DNA from: Epiperipatus broadwayi
Taxonomy: Eukaryota > Animalia > Onychophora
DNA: 64,000 bases
Assembly: GCA_028023455.1 (NCBI GenBank)
Contig: JAQFVV010000009.1
Coordinates: forward strand, 3,162,001-3,226,000
Reading direction: 5' to 3'
The position numbers and the translations under genes are program-made. How positions within the stretch are numbered: the stretch's first letter is position 1; every line of letters begins with the position of its first letter. Under the pieces are notes generated by a model. That model was given only the letters and a program-made list of their open reading frames with translations, was not told the DNA's origin and ran no database searches. Of this stretch, positions 63,457 to 64,000 are shown piece after piece.

Positions 63457-64000
63457 GACCATCCATTACATCTGGTGTTTGCAATGCTTGGGATTAGTTT
63501 TAATCATTCCGTCCATTATATCTGGCATCATCAACCTTTGGGGATAGTGGTCATCGTTCCGTCCGTTATATCTGGATCCAGCAACGTTTGGGCTCGATAG
63601 ATAGATCTATCATCACATATAGACTTTGTATAAGTTGGTCACACATTGTGATCGAACCAGCTGATTGTTAATATATCTGATAGATATATCCAAGTGCTAA
63701 TTGTTCCATCCGTTATATTTGTCGATTAACGTGGATGCTAATTCTTCCGTCCGTTATATCTGTTGACCAACGTGGATGCACGATGTGTAGTGGGACTGCA
63801 CACCACTAAAGATTGAATTAGCAACTGGCATGACTAGTATGATAGGTATTAGAGGATGTATGATGAGAATCCTTTATATCTGGTGCACAATGTGGTAGGC
63901 ATGAAGATATTACAGTTGATAGAGGTATCCAAGTATATTTACTAATGCTTATATCTGACGTGCAATGTGTTAGGCATATAGATATTACAGTTGATAAATG
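63457..64000. repeat. Diverged tandem array with core TTCCRTCCRTTATATCTG
   Basis: Cores at ~63457, 63507, 63557, 63704, 63745 and weaker ones at ~63668, 63870, 63948; spacings 50, 50, 41, ~76; runs off the window. Confidence 0.75.

Noticed and set aside
63457-64000. CRISPR array
   Set aside because: Linkers are related to each other and vary widely in length, context is eukaryotic, and no cas genes are present.

Overview
Very AT-rich eukaryotic (metazoan, probably arthropod; inference from composition and repeat types) window that is mostly intronic or intergenic repeat. One host coding segment is clear: a minus-strand terminal exon (17097-17773) encoding a Ser/Pro-rich stretch, a coiled coil and a C-terminal -ESVI. 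I cannot name the gene. A full-length but frameshifted Ty3/gypsy LTR retrotransposon lies at 53813-61994 (minus strand, ~1.8-2.0 kb LTRs, ATAT target duplication). There are two Penelope-like (PLE) fragments (45.0-45.9 kb GIY-YIG; 49.6-50.8 kb RT plus GIY-YIG), decayed RTE-type and Vingi/I-group LINEs, an inverted pair of hAT MITEs, and six copies of a tRNA-Gly(TCC)-derived SINE with differing anticodon triplets. The most striking unexplained structure is a set of non-coding head-to-head palindromes (1.5, 12.2, 14.7, 32-33, 35.6 kb) from several sequence families. Their arms carry minimal hammerhead-ribozyme motifs like the one beside the PLE endonuclease ORF, and one such unit has inserted into a single LTR of the gypsy element. 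An AG/GTAAGG site with a 44-nt cryptic exon at 40.6 kb fits a recursive-splicing site. All alignments and folds were done by eye; coordinates of decayed repeats are approximate.
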